A stretch of 64,000 nt of DNA from Camelus dromedarius (Eukaryota). A program made the translations under genes and the position numbers. The notes beneath the pieces are model-generated. The model did not search any database. It was given only the letters and a program-made list of their open reading frames with translations, and had not been told where the DNA came from. Positions 63,733 to 64,000 of the stretch are shown here, piece by piece; the stretch's first letter is position 1, and every line of letters begins with the position of its first letter. The stretch covers positions 96,164,001 through 96,228,000 of the forward strand of contig NC_087437.1 of the NCBI RefSeq assembly GCF_036321535.1, written 5' to 3'.

Positions 63733-64000
63733 CTGTGGAGGAAGTGATTAGAATAAACACAAACTGTAAATCTTGGTGTGCATTAATGCTCCTTACAAAA
63801 TATGAACATAAAGACAAGATACAAGAGGTTCTGGTTTCCAGTAGTTCTGAATTTGCAGATAGTATTCAACAATGAGTTTTTATTTTTTTAATCCTTTAAA
63901 TATAATGGTTAGATTTAAAGCAAATTCCAAGCTATGGTAATATGTCCTCATTAATAAACTTAACAGCTAACATTCTAATGAGTGTTTCCTATATGCCCTG

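Larger units (their letters stand above)
1..64000 (-). other. ROBO2: ROBO2 (roundabout guidance receptor 2) gene body, 3' half; both gene ends lie outside the window
   Basis: 14 minus-strand exons with GT-AG boundaries splice in phase into the recognisable ROBO2 sequence from [11 protein letters not shown] to GSNSQGQFTGEL. Confidence 0.99.

Noticed and set aside
1..64000. CRISPR arrays, prokaryotic operons or defence systems, tRNA/rRNA genes
   Set aside because: The sequence is mammalian intron-exon DNA; I saw no repeat-spacer arrays, long ORFs or structured RNA genes.

Overview
AT-rich mammalian genomic DNA, most likely a cetartiodactyl and possibly a camelid (inferred from the L1 3' UTR type and the absence of recognisable young SINEs). 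The whole window lies inside the 3' half of ROBO2 on the minus strand. I could place 14 coding exons with GT-AG boundaries and consistent phases. They run from the third FN3 domain through the transmembrane exon and the cytoplasmic CC0-CC3 region to the penultimate exon; the stop-codon exon lies beyond position 1. Three of these exons (126, 183 and 273 nt) are frame-preserving cassettes that I recall being absent from the short canonical human isoform, and they are flanked by RBFOX, NOVA and QKI-type motifs. The introns hold old interspersed repeats (L1, L2, MIR, MLT1, MER58, ERV LTRs) and one twin-primed, internally deleted L1. I see no new multi-gene system. The best novelty candidate is an apparently unannotated, in-frame 60-nt juxtamembrane cassette exon at 49855-49914. 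Repeat family names and repeat boundaries are from recall and approximate.
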